From a virus (lineage: Duplodnaviria > Caudoviricetes), in the IMG/VR virus record IMGVR_UViG_2643221942_000002, positions 1,958 to 65,957 of that record: a stretch of 64,000 bases of DNA; one strand, written 5' to 3'. The notes under the pieces are model-generated. The model saw nothing but the letters and a program-made list of their open reading frames with translations, did no database searches and had not been told where the DNA came from. Shown one piece after another: positions 36,051-47,191 of this stretch. Position 1 is the first letter of the stretch; the number at the start of each line of letters is the position of its first letter. The translations under genes were made by a program, and so were the position numbers.

Positions 36051-39000
36051 ATGAACATTGCAGAACTCGGCGTCAAGATCGACTCGGCCGACGCTATTCA
36101 GGCCAAAACCAGCCTGGATGAAATGGCGAAGGCCGGCGGCCGCGCCGAGCAGTCCGCCGTTTCGTTGATGAACGAAATGCAGGCGCTGGAGAAATCGCTC
36201 TCTACCAACGCCAAGACCACGCAGGATCTCGCAAAACAGCGGGAAGCATTGGCGAAGCTGACCAAGACCGGCGCCTATGGCGAGGCTGAGGCCGCCAAGA
36301 TTTCTGCGCAGCTCGACAAGCAGCAGGTAGCGCTGGCCAAGTCGGCCATGGATGAGCAGAAGGCGTTGAACGGCCTTCTGGGCGCCATCGACCCGGCCCG
36401 TGCCGCACTGGCGAAGCTGGATACTCAGGTCGAGCAACTGGGCAAACACTTGGATGCCGGCCGGATCAGCCAGGACGAGTACAACACCGCCCTGGGCAAG
36501 ATCGACAAGGACTACGACAAGCTCAACAAAACCACCACCGGCTTCGACAAGCTGCGCCTCGGAACTCGCCAGGCGCAGGAAAACGTCGTGCAGTTGGGCA
36601 ATGCGCTTTCCTCGGGAGACTGGGGAAGCGGCGTTCGCGCAGTCGCGCAGTTGGGTGCAGGTGCGGGTGAGGGCGCGGCGGGTCTGCTGGCCATTCTCGG
36701 CCCGCTGGCGCTGGCCACCGCCGCGGTGGGTGGGTTGGCATACGCTTTCTACAAGGGGAGCGAGGAACAAGACAGCTACAACAAATCGCTAATCCTGACC
36801 GGCAATTACGCCGGTGCTAGTGCTGGACAGATCGGCGATATGGCGCGCCAGGTGAGCGCAACTGTCGGCACAACCGGGCAAGCCGCTGAGGTTCTCGCCC
36901 TGCTGGCCGGCAATGGAAAGATTGCTGGCGAAAGCTTTACGGGCATCACCCAAGCCGCCGTGTCGATGCAGGAAGCGACCGGCAAGGCCGTAAGCGAGAC
37001 GGTAGCGGAGTTCGCCAAGCTCGCCGACGACCCGGTCAAAGCCTCTGCCGCGCTTAATGAGCAGTACCACTACCTGACCGCGTCGGTTTACTCGCAGATC
37101 ACCGCGCTGGAGAAGCAGGGCGACCATGCAGGCGCCGTGAAGCTGGCCACCGAGTCGTTCGCTGATGCAATCAACGAGCGCACGCCGCGAATCCTCGAGA
37201 ATCTGAGTTTCTGGGAGAAGGGCTACAACGCCGTTGCTCGGGCTGCTGATGGATTGAAGAATATCGGGCGCAGCGATATCGGCGCCGATATCGAGCAGGC
37301 TCGTCGCGACTTGGCCGGCGCTCAGGCTGGCGATATCGGCCTGTTCCAGAACAAGCAGGAGATGATTGATCTCTACCAGAATCGTCTCAACATGCTGGAG
37401 GATCAGAAGGCTGCCGAAGCCGATATCGCCAAATGGCAAGGAGAGCAGGCGAAAGCTCAGGGCGATGCCGTCTCCTCAATGGCGAAGGTCGACGCACTCA
37501 CCAAGTCAGCATTGACGAATGAGCAGAAACGCACCGACGCGATCAAGGAATACAAACGGCAGCTCGAAGACATCCGCAAGGTCGCACCCAACGACCCACG
37601 CCTGAATCAGGCGGCAATCGACAAGAACCTGGCGAACATCAACGACCAGTTTAAGGATTCGAAAGCGGCTGGTTCACAGGTCGATCTGACCAGTTTCAAC
37701 AACGCCAAGAACAACCTTGCAGCCATCAGCGAAGAGTACAAAAACGCCCAGAAAGAACTGGAGGCAGCGCAGAAGGCCGGGCTCGTTTCTCAAGCCGACT
37801 ACGCCCTGAAACGCGAAGCGCAGATCGGCAACGAGCGCGACGAGGTGACTGCGGCGTACGAGGCGGAGATTGCTGCGCTGGAAGCCGCGAAGGCGAAGAA
37901 GACCACTTCTGCCGCGCAAGGCATCCAGCTCGATCAGAAGATCGCCGACGCCCGCGCAGGCATGGTCAAAGCGCAGAAAGACGCGGACACCCAGCTCGAA
38001 GTTCTGGCCACAAACGAGACCGGCCGTCTCGCCCGACAAGAGCGTTCAATCACCACCTACGTTCAGGCCTTGGCTCAGCAACAGCGAGCGCTGGAACTGG
38101 CAGGGCAGCGCGCCGTTCTCGGCGTCGGACAGGGCGATCGACAGAACGCACTCAACAATGAGCTGAACAGCCAGCAGGATCGGTTCGCTCAGCAGTCGCT
38201 GGAACTGGCAAGCCAGAAATCAGATCCGTCGCGAAACATGTCGGAGGAGGAGTTCGCCCGGAAGTCGCAGGCTCTCGCCGATGCGAACAAGGCGGCAACC
38301 GACCAAATCCGGCAGAACTACGCGGATGTGGAGGCAGCGCAGGGTGATTGGACGAAGGGCGCGACATCGGCCTGGGCCAACTATTTGGATTCGGCGAGCA
38401 ACATCGCGGGCCAGACGAAAACCCTGTTCGGCAACGCCTTCAGCTCCATGGAGGACGCAGTCGTCAATTTCGCCATGACCGGGAAGCTGTCGTTTGCTGA
38501 CTTCACCAAGTCGATTCTGGCGGATATGGCGCGCATCGCGACCCGTCAGGCCAGTTCGGCATTGCTGAGCAGCCTCGTCGGTGCTGCCACCAGTTACTTC
38601 ACCGGCGGGAGTGGCGGCAATGGGCTGGCGGCTGGGTCTGCGGGCGCGACGTCCTCCAATCTCGGCGCCTCCTCGGCGGGCTATTCCAGCAGCTACTTTC
38701 CGCAGGCGCTCGGCGGTGCCTGGTCATCGGGTGTGCAGATGTTTGCCAACGGCGGCGCTTTCACCAACAGCATTGTCAGTACGCCGACAGCTTTCGGGAT
38801 GGCCGGCGGCAGGACGGGCGTGATGGGGGAGGCAGGGCCGGAGGCGATCATGCCACTTACCCGGACTTCCAGCGGCAAGCTCGGCGTTCTCGCGGCTGGT
38901 GGCGGTTCGGGGACTACGATCAGCATCAGCGCACCGGTCACGGTGCTAACTGAGGACCGTGGGTCTGAAGGCATGCAGATAGACCAGCAAGCGCTCTCGA

Positions 39001-39101
39001 AAAACCTTCAATCGCAAATGCAGGCTGTAGCCGAGAAAGCCGTCGCGGACTCTTGGCGAGCGGGCGGCACCAGCTTTCGAAATGCCAATGGGAGGGCCTG
39101 A
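36051..39101 (+). CDS. Tail tape measure protein, lambda family
   Basis: 1016 aa, Ala-rich; C-terminal GEAGPEAIMPL. Confidence 0.93.
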   Translation: MNIAELGVKIDSADAIQAKTSLDEMAKAGGRAEQSAVSLMNEMQALEKSLSTNAKTTQDLAKQREALAKLTKTGAYGEAEAAKISAQLDKQQVALAKSAMDEQKALNGLLGAIDPARAALAKLDTQVEQLGKHLDAGRISQDEYNTALGKIDKDYDKLNKTTTGFDKLRLGTRQAQENVVQLGNALSSGDWGSGVRAVAQLGAGAGEGAAGLLAILGPLALATAAVGGLAYAFYKGSEEQDSYNKSLILTGNYAGASAGQIGDMARQVSATVGTTGQAAEVLALLAGNGKIAGESFTGITQAAVSMQEATGKAVSETVAEFAKLADDPVKASAALNEQYHYLTASVYSQITALEKQGDHAGAVKLATESFADAINERTPRILENLSFWEKGYNAVARAADGLKNIGRSDIGADIEQARRDLAGAQAGDIGLFQNKQEMIDLYQNRLNMLEDQKAAEADIAKWQGEQAKAQGDAVSSMAKVDALTKSALTNEQKRTDAIKEYKRQLEDIRKVAPNDPRLNQAAIDKNLANINDQFKDSKAAGSQVDLTSFNNAKNNLAAISEEYKNAQKELEAAQKAGLVSQADYALKREAQIGNERDEVTAAYEAEIAALEAAKAKKTTSAAQGIQLDQKIADARAGMVKAQKDADTQLEVLATNETGRLARQERSITTYVQALAQQQRALELAGQRAVLGVGQGDRQNALNNELNSQQDRFAQQSLELASQKSDPSRNMSEEEFARKSQALADANKAATDQIRQNYADVEAAQGDWTKGATSAWANYLDSASNIAGQTKTLFGNAFSSMEDAVVNFAMTGKLSFADFTKSILADMARIATRQASSALLSSLVGAATSYFTGGSGGNGLAAGSAGATSSNLGASSAGYSSSYFPQALGGAWSSGVQMFANGGAFTNSIVSTPTAFGMAGGRTGVMGEAGPEAIMPLTRTSSGKLGVLAAGGGSGTTISISAPVTVLTEDRGSEGMQIDQQALSKNLQSQMQAVAEKAVADSWRAGGTSFRNANGRA

Positions 39102-39439
39102 TGGCCATCGAGAAATTCACCTGGCCAACCGAGCGCGGTGAGGCACCCGAAATCACCTATCGGGTGCGCACCTCTAAGTTCGGCGGCGGCTACGCGCAGA
39201 ACGTTGGCGACGGTCCGAACAACAAGGAGGATTCCTATCCAATCACCTGCTCCGGTCGAAAGGCCAAGGTGCTAGAGATCATGGCGTTCCTCGATCGGCA
39301 CGCCGGCGCGAAAGCCTTCCTTTGGACAACGCCGCTCGGCGAGCTCGGGCTGTTCACCTGCAAAAATCCCGCTCCCACACCAATGGGCGGCGGGGTCTTC
39401 AAACTCACCGCCACGTTCGAGCGGGCATTCCAACCATAA
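39101..39439 (+). CDS. Minor tail protein M
   Basis: FGGGYAQ..GDGPN; FLDRHAGAKAFLWT. Confidence 0.88.
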   Translation: MAIEKFTWPTERGEAPEITYRVRTSKFGGGYAQNVGDGPNNKEDSYPITCSGRKAKVLEIMAFLDRHAGAKAFLWTTPLGELGLFTCKNPAPTPMGGGVFKLTATFERAFQP

Positions 39440-39448
39440 GGGGCGATC

Positions 39449-40198
39449 ATGCCGCTGATCAGTGACATCCAGGTGCTTGAGCCTGGCAGCGAAGTGCTGC
39501 TCTTTGAATTGGACGGCACGGACTACGGGGCGGACGTTCTGCGCTTCCACGGGCACGCGATACCGCACACGCCAGCCGACCTGATCGCCGCCGGCGCCAA
39601 TGCCGACCAGTTGCCCGCGAAGGCGATTTACTGGCAGGGCAACGAGTACAGCGCCTGGCCGATGCAGATCGACGGCATCGAGGCGAACGGCGACGGCACG
39701 GCGGTCCGGCCGACATTGTCGGTGGGCAACGTCAACGGGCGCATCACTGCGCTCTGTCTTGCTTTCGAGGATCTGCTCGAATTCAAGCTGACGATGCGGC
39801 ACACGCTCGGCAGCTACCTCGACGCTGCGAACTTCCCGGCCGGCAACCCTACAGCAGACCCAACCCAAGAGACGATCGAGGTCTGGTACATCGACCAGAA
39901 AACGAACGAGGACGGGGAGAATGTCAGTTGGGAGCTGGCCAGCCCGGGCGACGTGGGCAATGAGTCGATCGGGCGGCAAGCGACAACGCTGTGCCACTGG
40001 TGCCTCACCGGTGGGTATCGCGGGCCGAACTGTGGCTACACCGGCCCGTATGTCACGAAGGACGGCGTCATCACCGATAACCCTGAACTGGACCAATGCG
40101 ACGCCACGCTGGGCAAGGGCTGCATTCCGCGCTTCGGCGAGGGCAACCCGCTGCCGTTCGGTGGCTTCCCGGCCGTTTCCCTGATCGCACGGAGCTGA
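39449..40198 (+). CDS. Minor tail protein L
   Basis: C-terminal Cys motif; FGGFP. Confidence 0.9.
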   Translation: MPLISDIQVLEPGSEVLLFELDGTDYGADVLRFHGHAIPHTPADLIAAGANADQLPAKAIYWQGNEYSAWPMQIDGIEANGDGTAVRPTLSVGNVNGRITALCLAFEDLLEFKLTMRHTLGSYLDAANFPAGNPTADPTQETIEVWYIDQKTNEDGENVSWELASPGDVGNESIGRQATTLCHWCLTGGYRGPNCGYTGPYVTKDGVITDNPELDQCDATLGKGCIPRFGEGNPLPFGGFPAVSLIARS

Positions 40199-40199
40199 C

Positions 40200-40961
40200 A
40201 TGCGAAAGCACATCTTGAACGCGATCCAGGCGCACGCGGCCGCCGAGTACCCGAAAGAGTGCTGCGGGCTCCTGCTGGCGATTGGGCGCAAGCAGCAATA
40301 CTTCCCCTGCATCAACGTCTCGACGGAGCCGAACGAAGAGTTTCGAATCGATCCCGAGGAGTACGCGACGGCCGAGGACGTCGGTGAAGTGATCGGCGTG
40401 GTGCATTCACATCCGGACGCAACCAGCAGGCCGTCACCGCGCGACCTCGCCATGTGCGAAGCGACGGCGATGCCCTGGCACATTCTGAGCTGGCCGGAAG
40501 GCGACCTGCGCACCATTGTTCCCACCGGTGAAGTGCCGCTGCTGAAGCGACCGTTCGTGCACGGCGCCTGGGACTGCTGGCAGGTCTGCGCCGACTGGTA
40601 CAAGCGCGAGTGGGGGCTGGAGTTCGAAGCCTTCAAGCGCGCCGATGGCTGGTGGGAGAACAAGGAAAACACCAGCCTGTACGAAGCGAACTACGAGTCC
40701 GCCGGCTTCTATCGCGTCGACCAACCGCAGCGCGGCGACATGATCGTGATGGAAGTGGGGCGCACCGTTTACCCGAATCATGCCGGGATTTTCCTCGGCA
40801 GTGATCCAGCGCTGCCTAGCGAGGGTGCTGCCACGTTTGGTCCCGGGCCTTTCTTGCTGCACCACCTGTACGGGCGGCCTTCCGAAGTCATTGTCTTCGG
40901 TGGGCCGTGGCTTGAGCGAACTCGACTGGTGCTGCGGCATCGTTTTGTCCTGCAATCATAA
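40200..40961 (+). CDS. Tail assembly protein K (JAB + NlpC/P60)
   Basis: YPKECCG, HSHPD, DCW, NHAGI. Confidence 0.9.
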   Translation: MRKHILNAIQAHAAAEYPKECCGLLLAIGRKQQYFPCINVSTEPNEEFRIDPEEYATAEDVGEVIGVVHSHPDATSRPSPRDLAMCEATAMPWHILSWPEGDLRTIVPTGEVPLLKRPFVHGAWDCWQVCADWYKREWGLEFEAFKRADGWWENKENTSLYEANYESAGFYRVDQPQRGDMIVMEVGRTVYPNHAGIFLGSDPALPSEGAATFGPGPFLLHHLYGRPSEVIVFGGPWLERTRLVLRHRFVLQS

Positions 40962-41062
40962 GTTTGGCTCATGCGTCACATCTTCAGCGATACAAAAATA
41001 TCGAAGGGTGTGGTAAATAGGTGTGATGGCATGTTGCCAAGGATGGGTTTAAGGGTGTTGAA

Positions 41063-42130
41063 ATGGTTGATCTCGAGGCGGGCAGTTCGCGGTATGCCAA
41101 TGTAAAGTATCTAACTGAAGAGGAATTTGGGAGGTGGCTAAAAGAGGAAGTTAAATACTGGAGTGATATTTTTAGAGGGGCGAATATGAACGGTAATAAA
41201 GTTCATCCCTTTCTTCATGGAGTGGTTGACGCATACATTGAAAGCTTAAAGAAAATAGTTGCTAGATTTAGCGCTGTGGAGAGTCTATTTCACGATGCGG
41301 CGTACTCTGATTTTGTAGATGCAAATAGCACAGCTAGGCTGCCGATGCATGATGACAAACAGGCGGAGGAATTTCGTGCGTCGTTTGTTGGTGGGTTGGC
41401 GATGCCCGTCGTCTATGCGTATCGCTCTGTTTCTGATGCTTTAGATGAAGGGTATCTGAAAGGCTATGAAAAGGGAGTGACAGCTAGTTTCGAGGAGTAT
41501 GTGAAAATTATCGATAAATCAATTGAGAGCGTTAAGGAAGTCTCAATTGAAGTTTCAAAAGATATAAAGTTTCAAGTTGATTCAGCAAGTTCAAAAGTAT
41601 CGAGTTTGGTGGAGGCTGCAACGTCGGCAATAGCGCTTTCAGAACCTGTACGGTTTTGGGAGGAGCGACGAAAAATCCACAAGGATAACGCAAAAAACTA
41701 TAGCAAATATGCTGTAATTTCCGGCGGTGTGTTTGCGATCTTATTATTTTTTTCTATGCTTTATGGGTATGCAGCAGGCGTGACGCACACAGTTTTTGAT
41801 TATGAGATTACTCTACCAAAAACGCTTGCCGGGGTCGCTGTGATTTTGTTGGTCACCACGGGAGGGATTTGGGCGACTCGAATTTTTGTTAAACTGATGA
41901 TGGTGAATTTAACTTCTGAGGCAGAGTCGCTTGAAAGGTCAACTATGATAAAGACTTTTGTGGCGATGCAAGCGCTTGACTCATCAATATCACACGAGAG
42001 TCAGCTTCTATTCTATACGACGTTGTTTCGGCCTTCGAATAATACTATTTCGGAAGAGTCCACTGCCCCAGAGTATGGGAAGATTTTAGATGCGGTCCTA
42101 AAAAGTAGAGGTGGAGACAAGCCTGTCTAG
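41063..42130 (+). CDS. DUF6161-like membrane protein moron
   Basis: Low GC; ALSEPVRFW, two TM segments, ERSTMIKTF. Confidence 0.6.
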   Translation: MVDLEAGSSRYANVKYLTEEEFGRWLKEEVKYWSDIFRGANMNGNKVHPFLHGVVDAYIESLKKIVARFSAVESLFHDAAYSDFVDANSTARLPMHDDKQAEEFRASFVGGLAMPVVYAYRSVSDALDEGYLKGYEKGVTASFEEYVKIIDKSIESVKEVSIEVSKDIKFQVDSASSKVSSLVEAATSAIALSEPVRFWEERRKIHKDNAKNYSKYAVISGGVFAILLFFSMLYGYAAGVTHTVFDYEITLPKTLAGVAVILLVTTGGIWATRIFVKLMMVNLTSEAESLERSTMIKTFVAMQALDSSISHESQLLFYTTLFRPSNNTISEESTAPEYGKILDAVLKSRGGDKPV

Positions 42131-42167
42131 TAAAAGCGTTATATCAAAATCAAGAAGGAAAATTGGA

Positions 42168-42590
42168 ATGCGAATTCTGATAAGTGCGTTTTCAGGTGCG
42201 CTGTTAGCCGGGTGCGCGTCTTCTGCAATTCCACTACTCCAGGCGGATCCGGTACCAAATGATGAGATATATGCGTTTCAGAGCAGGCCTGCCGGTGAAA
42301 GCGGCAAGGTAACGGTAGTCCGCGACGCGGGAATGGTGGGATCTGGTTGTGACATAGTCGTGTATGTCGATGGCCGGAAGGCAGCGAAAATCGGCACCGG
42401 GCAGCGCGCATCCTTTTACCTACCGCCGGGCAATCCAAGTATCGGAGCGGGTCTTGCTGGCTCTGGGCTTTGTGGCGGGGCTGCCATCCGCACGATCTCT
42501 GCCAATGTGAAAAGCGGCAAAGAAAGCCTCTACCGAATCAGTGGGGACATGAGCGGGTTTTTTATTGGCCCATACGTCGATTATCAGTAA
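42168..42590 (+). CDS. Lipoprotein moron
   Basis: LLAGC lipobox; VVRDAG..GSGC; followed by a terminator. Confidence 0.75.
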   Translation: MRILISAFSGALLAGCASSAIPLLQADPVPNDEIYAFQSRPAGESGKVTVVRDAGMVGSGCDIVVYVDGRKAAKIGTGQRASFYLPPGNPSIGAGLAGSGLCGGAAIRTISANVKSGKESLYRISGDMSGFFIGPYVDYQ

Positions 42591-42643
42591 GTAAATTTTC
42601 AAACAGCCGCCTTCGGGCGGTTTTTTTATGTCCGGAGAAAAGC

Positions 42644-43246
42644 ATGTATTGCACCGTCGCTCACTATCAGCCAATGACTACGATCAAATTGTCAGGATCC
42701 TTGGCGTCGAAGTTTGGCAGGGCTCACCGTCGAGTCTTGGACTCCGGCCAAGCATGGGAAGCATTCAGAGCGCTGAAGGCAACGCTCGTAGGATTTAAGG
42801 AAGAAATTCAGCGCCTCGATCGGCTGGGCATGCGCTTCGCCGTGTTTCGCAATCGAAAAAACGTCGGCGAGGCGGAATTTGGATTGGGTGGAGCAACTGA
42901 TATCCGCATTGTGCCGATCATTCAGGGGAGCAAAAAAGCCGGGCTCATCCAAACCATTATTGGCGCAGTCTTGATCGTTGCAGGTACGTTCCTTTCCACC
43001 ACTCCATTCGGTGCGCCTCTGATCGGTGCTGGTATTGGCTTGGTCGCCGGCGGCGTCATCCAGATGCTCAGCCCGCAGGCGTCAGGCCTGAAGCAAAGCG
43101 CATCCCCCGAAAACTCCCCTTCCTACGCCTTCGGCAGCGCCAAGAACACCACCGCCAGCGGAAACCCGGTACCGATCTGCATCGGCGAACGCCGGTGGGG
43201 CGGGATGATCATCTCGGCCTCGATCCTGGCCGAAGACAAAGTGTAA
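42644..43246 (+). CDS. Tail assembly protein I
   Basis: IRIVPIIQGSK; G.PVPICIG..RWGG.IISA. Confidence 0.88.
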   Translation: MYCTVAHYQPMTTIKLSGSLASKFGRAHRRVLDSGQAWEAFRALKATLVGFKEEIQRLDRLGMRFAVFRNRKNVGEAEFGLGGATDIRIVPIIQGSKKAGLIQTIIGAVLIVAGTFLSTTPFGAPLIGAGIGLVAGGVIQMLSPQASGLKQSASPENSPSYAFGSAKNTTASGNPVPICIGERRWGGMIISASILAEDKV

Positions 43247-43304
43247 TCAGGACAGCAGCACAGCGACCGCCCGCGAGGCGGTTTTTTTATGCCTGGAGGA
43301 AAGC

Positions 43305-46300
43305 ATGGGCGCAGCAGCACAGATCGATATCCACGGCGAGAAGGGCGGCAGCAGTAAGCCGAAGTCGCCGACCGAAGCCAGCGACAGCCTGCGCTCGACC
43401 AACCTGGCAAAGCTGCTGATCGCCGTAGGCGAGGGTGAGTTCGACAGCGTCCCGACCGATTACGACATCTACCTGGACAACACGCCGATCCGCGATGCCA
43501 GCGGCAACTACAACTTCCCCAACGTGAAGTGGGATTGGCGCCCGGGCTCGGTAGATCAGACCTACATCCCGGGCATCCCGTCCGTTGAGAACGAGACGTC
43601 GCTGAACATCGAGCTGCGCAGCGATTCGCCGTGGGTGCGCTCGATCACCAATACCCAACTTTCGGCTGTGCGCATGCGCTTGGCCTGGCCAGCGCTGCAA
43701 CGCTCGGATGACCAAGGCAACGTCGGCGGCTACCGCATCGAGTACGCAATCGACGTCGCCACCGACGGCGGCGCCTATCAGCAGGTGCTGGTGGACGCCG
43801 TCGACGGCAAGACCACCACGCGCTATGAGCGCTCGCGCCGCATCGATCTGCCTGACGCCACCACTGGCTGGCAGATCCGTGTGCGCCGCCTGACGCCAAA
43901 CCAGAACACCAACAAAATCGCCGACACCATGCTGGTGGCCGGTTACACCGAAGTCATCGACGCCAAGCTGCGCTATCCGAACACTGCGCTGCTCTACATC
44001 GAATTCGACGCTGAGCAGTTCACCAACATCCCGGCCGTCACCGTGAAGTGCAAGGCGCGCCGCTGGATGGTCCCGAGCAACTACGACCCGATCGCGCGCA
44101 CCTACACCGGGACGTGGGACGGCTCGATGAAATCGGCCTGGACCAATAACCCGGCGTGGATCACCTACGGCATCTGCACCGAAGACCGGTTCGGCCTGGG
44201 CAAGCGTATCAAGCCGTTCATGGTCGACAAGTGGGAGCTGTACCGCATCGCGCAATACTGCGACCAGTTGGTGCCGAACGGGCTCGGCGGTCAGGAGCCG
44301 CGTTTCCTCTGCGATATGAACCTGCAGGGCAAGGCTGATGCGTGGTCGCTGCTGCGCGATATCTCGGCGATCTACCGGGGCATGACGTACTGGGCGCAGG
44401 GCCATTTGGTGATGCAGGCGGACATGCCGCGCGCGCAGGACTTCGACTACGTGTTCACCCGGTCGAACGTCATCGACGGCAAGTTCTCCTACGGCAGCGC
44501 CTCGGCGAAAACCCGTTACACCCGGGCGCTGGTCAGCTACGACAACCCGGCGAACAACTACGACACCGATGTCATTCCGTTCGCTGACCTGGATCTGCAA
44601 CGCCGTTACGGCGATCGTCCGACCGAGCTGAGCGCCATAGGCTGCACCCGCGCATCCGAGGCCCAGCGCCGTGGCAAGTGGGCGATTCTCAGCAACAACC
44701 AAGACCGCACCGTCTCGTTCAAGACTGGTATGGAAGGCGTGATCCCACTGCCGGGGCATATCATTCCGGTGGCGGATTCTTTGCTGGCTGGTCGTGAAGT
44801 GGGCGGCCGGATCTCGGCCGTGGCGGGGCGGGTAATTACGCTCGATCGCGACACCCAGGCCAAGGCAGGTGACAGGCTGATCATTAATCTGCCGGGCGGT
44901 CGCGCCGAAGGGCGTACCGTGCAGAGCGCCAACGGCCGCGCAGTGACAGTCACGGTTGCCTACAGCGAACCGCCGGTTGCGCAGTTGCAATGGGCGCTTG
45001 ATGCCGACGATCTGGCCATTCCGCTGTACCGAGTGCTGCGCACCAAGCGCACCACCGAGGGCGACTACGAGATCAGCGCGCTCCAGTTCGAGCCGAGCAA
45101 GTTTGCTTTCATCGACACCGGCGCACGCCTGGAGGAACGCCCGATCAGCGTGATCCCGATCACCGTTGTGCCGGCGCCGGCCAGCGTTTCGCTGTCGTCG
45201 ACTTCATCGGTCGTGCAGGGGTTGGCCGTGGCCACCATGACCATCACCTGGCCGGCCGTGGATGGCGCGGTCGGCTACGACGTCGAATGGCGCAAGGACA
45301 GCGGCAACTGGATCAAGCTGCAGCGCACCGGCATGACCAACGCGGACGTGGTCGGCATCTACGCGGGCGCCTACGTGGCTCGCGTCCGCGCGGTAAGTGC
45401 ATTCGACATCACGTCGCCGTGGCGCAACTCGATCCTGACCAGCCTCAGCGGTAAGCAAGGGCTGCCGCCGGCACTTGCGTTCCTGACCGCGACTCCGCTG
45501 TTGTTCGGCATCTATCTCAAGTGGGGTTTCCCAGCTGGCGCCGAGGACAGCCAGCGCACGGAAATCTGGTACGGGCCTACGACTGATCTGGAAGCTGCGA
45601 CCAAGCTGACAGACCTGGCCTATCCGCAGAGTGATTTCTCCATGCTCGGCCTGCGCGCCGGGGTTACCTTCTATTTCTGGGGACGCATCGTCGACAAGAT
45701 CGGCAACATCGGGCCGTGGTATCCGATCGGGCTTGGTGTGCAGGGGCAATCCAGTTCGGATGCTGCGGCCATTCTGGAGATGATCGCGGGCGAGATCGGC
45801 CGTACCGAGTTGGGGCAAGACATCCTCGACGAGATCGACAAGATCCCGGGCCTGCAAGCGCAGATCGATGCCCTAGACGGCCTGAAAGGCTACAACCCAG
45901 ACGCCACTTACGAAGAGTACGACCTGGTGGTGCAGGGCAAGCGGATCTATCAAGCCACCGGCCCGGTACCTATCGAAACGCCGCCGCCGAACCCGCTGTA
46001 CTGGCTCGACGTTGGGCAGACAGTGGAGACGGCGAATGGTCTTGCGCAGCAGGTAGCGACCAACACCACGGAGATCTCCGAACTCGACGGCGTGGTCACC
46101 GCTCAAGCCACAGCGTTCGAAGCGCTTCGCGCCTCCTATCGAGACGACGACGGCGCTGGCGATCTCGCGGACGCCATCAAAAGCTATACCAACACGGCGG
46201 CGATTGCGTCCGAATCGAAGGTTCGCGCCTCCCAAAACGAGGCAATGGCGAGCCGTGTAACGACCTTCGACGCGAAAATCGGCGAGAACGCAGCGAACAT

Positions 46301-46871
46301 CACCGAGCTTGAGCAGGTGGTGGCCACGAACGAATCGGCGACCGCGACGAAGATCGACCAGTTGAATGTTTCTGTCGGGGAGAACTCGGCAGCGATTCAA
46401 CAAACCTCGACCGCCTATGCGGACACCACTGGCAAGCTGAGCACGATGTGGTCGGTGAAGATGCAGGTCACGGCGAATGGGCAGTACGTTGCGGCCGGTA
46501 TCGGTCTTGGCATCGAGAACACTGGTGCCGGCTTGCAGAGCCAGTTCTTGGTCAGTGCCGACCGCTTCGCCATCGTCAACACCATCGCCGGCGGCGCCAT
46601 CGCGGTGCCGTTTGCGGTGCAGGGCGGACAGGTGTTCATGAACTCGGCGTTCATTCAGGACGCCTCTATCGGAAACGCCAAGATCGGTTTCTTCATCCAG
46701 TCAGACAACTACATCGCAGGTGTTCAGGGCTGGCGCATCGACAAGGCCGGCAACTTCGAGTTGAACAGCCCGCTGGGTGGTGGCGCTCGCCAAGTCATCA
46801 ACAACAACGGCGGCAAAGTGTTCGACGAGAACGGCGTGAAGCGCTATCAGTGGGGGAACTTGAACGCATGA
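43305..46871 (+). CDS. Host specificity / tail tip protein J
   Basis: 1188 aa; YPNTAL, WTNNPAW, FN3-like region, AGIGLG..SQFLV.ADRF. Confidence 0.93.
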   Translation: MGAAAQIDIHGEKGGSSKPKSPTEASDSLRSTNLAKLLIAVGEGEFDSVPTDYDIYLDNTPIRDASGNYNFPNVKWDWRPGSVDQTYIPGIPSVENETSLNIELRSDSPWVRSITNTQLSAVRMRLAWPALQRSDDQGNVGGYRIEYAIDVATDGGAYQQVLVDAVDGKTTTRYERSRRIDLPDATTGWQIRVRRLTPNQNTNKIADTMLVAGYTEVIDAKLRYPNTALLYIEFDAEQFTNIPAVTVKCKARRWMVPSNYDPIARTYTGTWDGSMKSAWTNNPAWITYGICTEDRFGLGKRIKPFMVDKWELYRIAQYCDQLVPNGLGGQEPRFLCDMNLQGKADAWSLLRDISAIYRGMTYWAQGHLVMQADMPRAQDFDYVFTRSNVIDGKFSYGSASAKTRYTRALVSYDNPANNYDTDVIPFADLDLQRRYGDRPTELSAIGCTRASEAQRRGKWAILSNNQDRTVSFKTGMEGVIPLPGHIIPVADSLLAGREVGGRISAVAGRVITLDRDTQAKAGDRLIINLPGGRAEGRTVQSANGRAVTVTVAYSEPPVAQLQWALDADDLAIPLYRVLRTKRTTEGDYEISALQFEPSKFAFIDTGARLEERPISVIPITVVPAPASVSLSSTSSVVQGLAVATMTITWPAVDGAVGYDVEWRKDSGNWIKLQRTGMTNADVVGIYAGAYVARVRAVSAFDITSPWRNSILTSLSGKQGLPPALAFLTATPLLFGIYLKWGFPAGAEDSQRTEIWYGPTTDLEAATKLTDLAYPQSDFSMLGLRAGVTFYFWGRIVDKIGNIGPWYPIGLGVQGQSSSDAAAILEMIAGEIGRTELGQDILDEIDKIPGLQAQIDALDGLKGYNPDATYEEYDLVVQGKRIYQATGPVPIETPPPNPLYWLDVGQTVETANGLAQQVATNTTEISELDGVVTAQATAFEALRASYRDDDGAGDLADAIKSYTNTAAIASESKVRASQNEAMASRVTTFDAKIGENAANITELEQVVATNESATATKIDQLNVSVGENSAAIQQTSTAYADTTGKLSTMWSVKMQVTANGQYVAAGIGLGIENTGAGLQSQFLVSADRFAIVNTIAGGAIAVPFAVQGGQVFMNSAFIQDASIGNAKIGFFIQSDNYIAGVQGWRIDKAGNFELNSPLGGGARQVINNNGGKVFDENGVKRYQWGNLNA

Positions 46872-47191
46872 GCTTCGGCATAAGGATATGGGGCGCCGAT
46901 GGGGCGCTCCAGCTGGACGAGAACTCATTCACGATTCGAGTCGTGCTTTCAGTGCAAGTGACCTTCGCGCTTGGAGCCAGCAAAGGAACGCAGGATTTCG
47001 CCGTTCCCGGTGTAGGCCCTGGTAACGGAACGGCGATCGTGATCCCGATCGGCACCTATTCGCAGAACCAGATGCAGTTCGAAACCGAGATGCTCGACGG
47101 AGTCGTCCGCGTCTACAACTACACCCGGACGTACGCGGCGAGTACCACGTCTTCCGGAACCATGCGCTTGATAGTAATGAGGTGGAGCTGA
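46868..47191 (+). CDS. Tail-associated hypothetical protein
   Basis: Coupled to J. Confidence 0.7.
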   Translation: MSFGIRIWGADGALQLDENSFTIRVVLSVQVTFALGASKGTQDFAVPGVGPGNGTAIVIPIGTYSQNQMQFETEMLDGVVRVYNYTRTYAASTTSSGTMRLIVMRWS

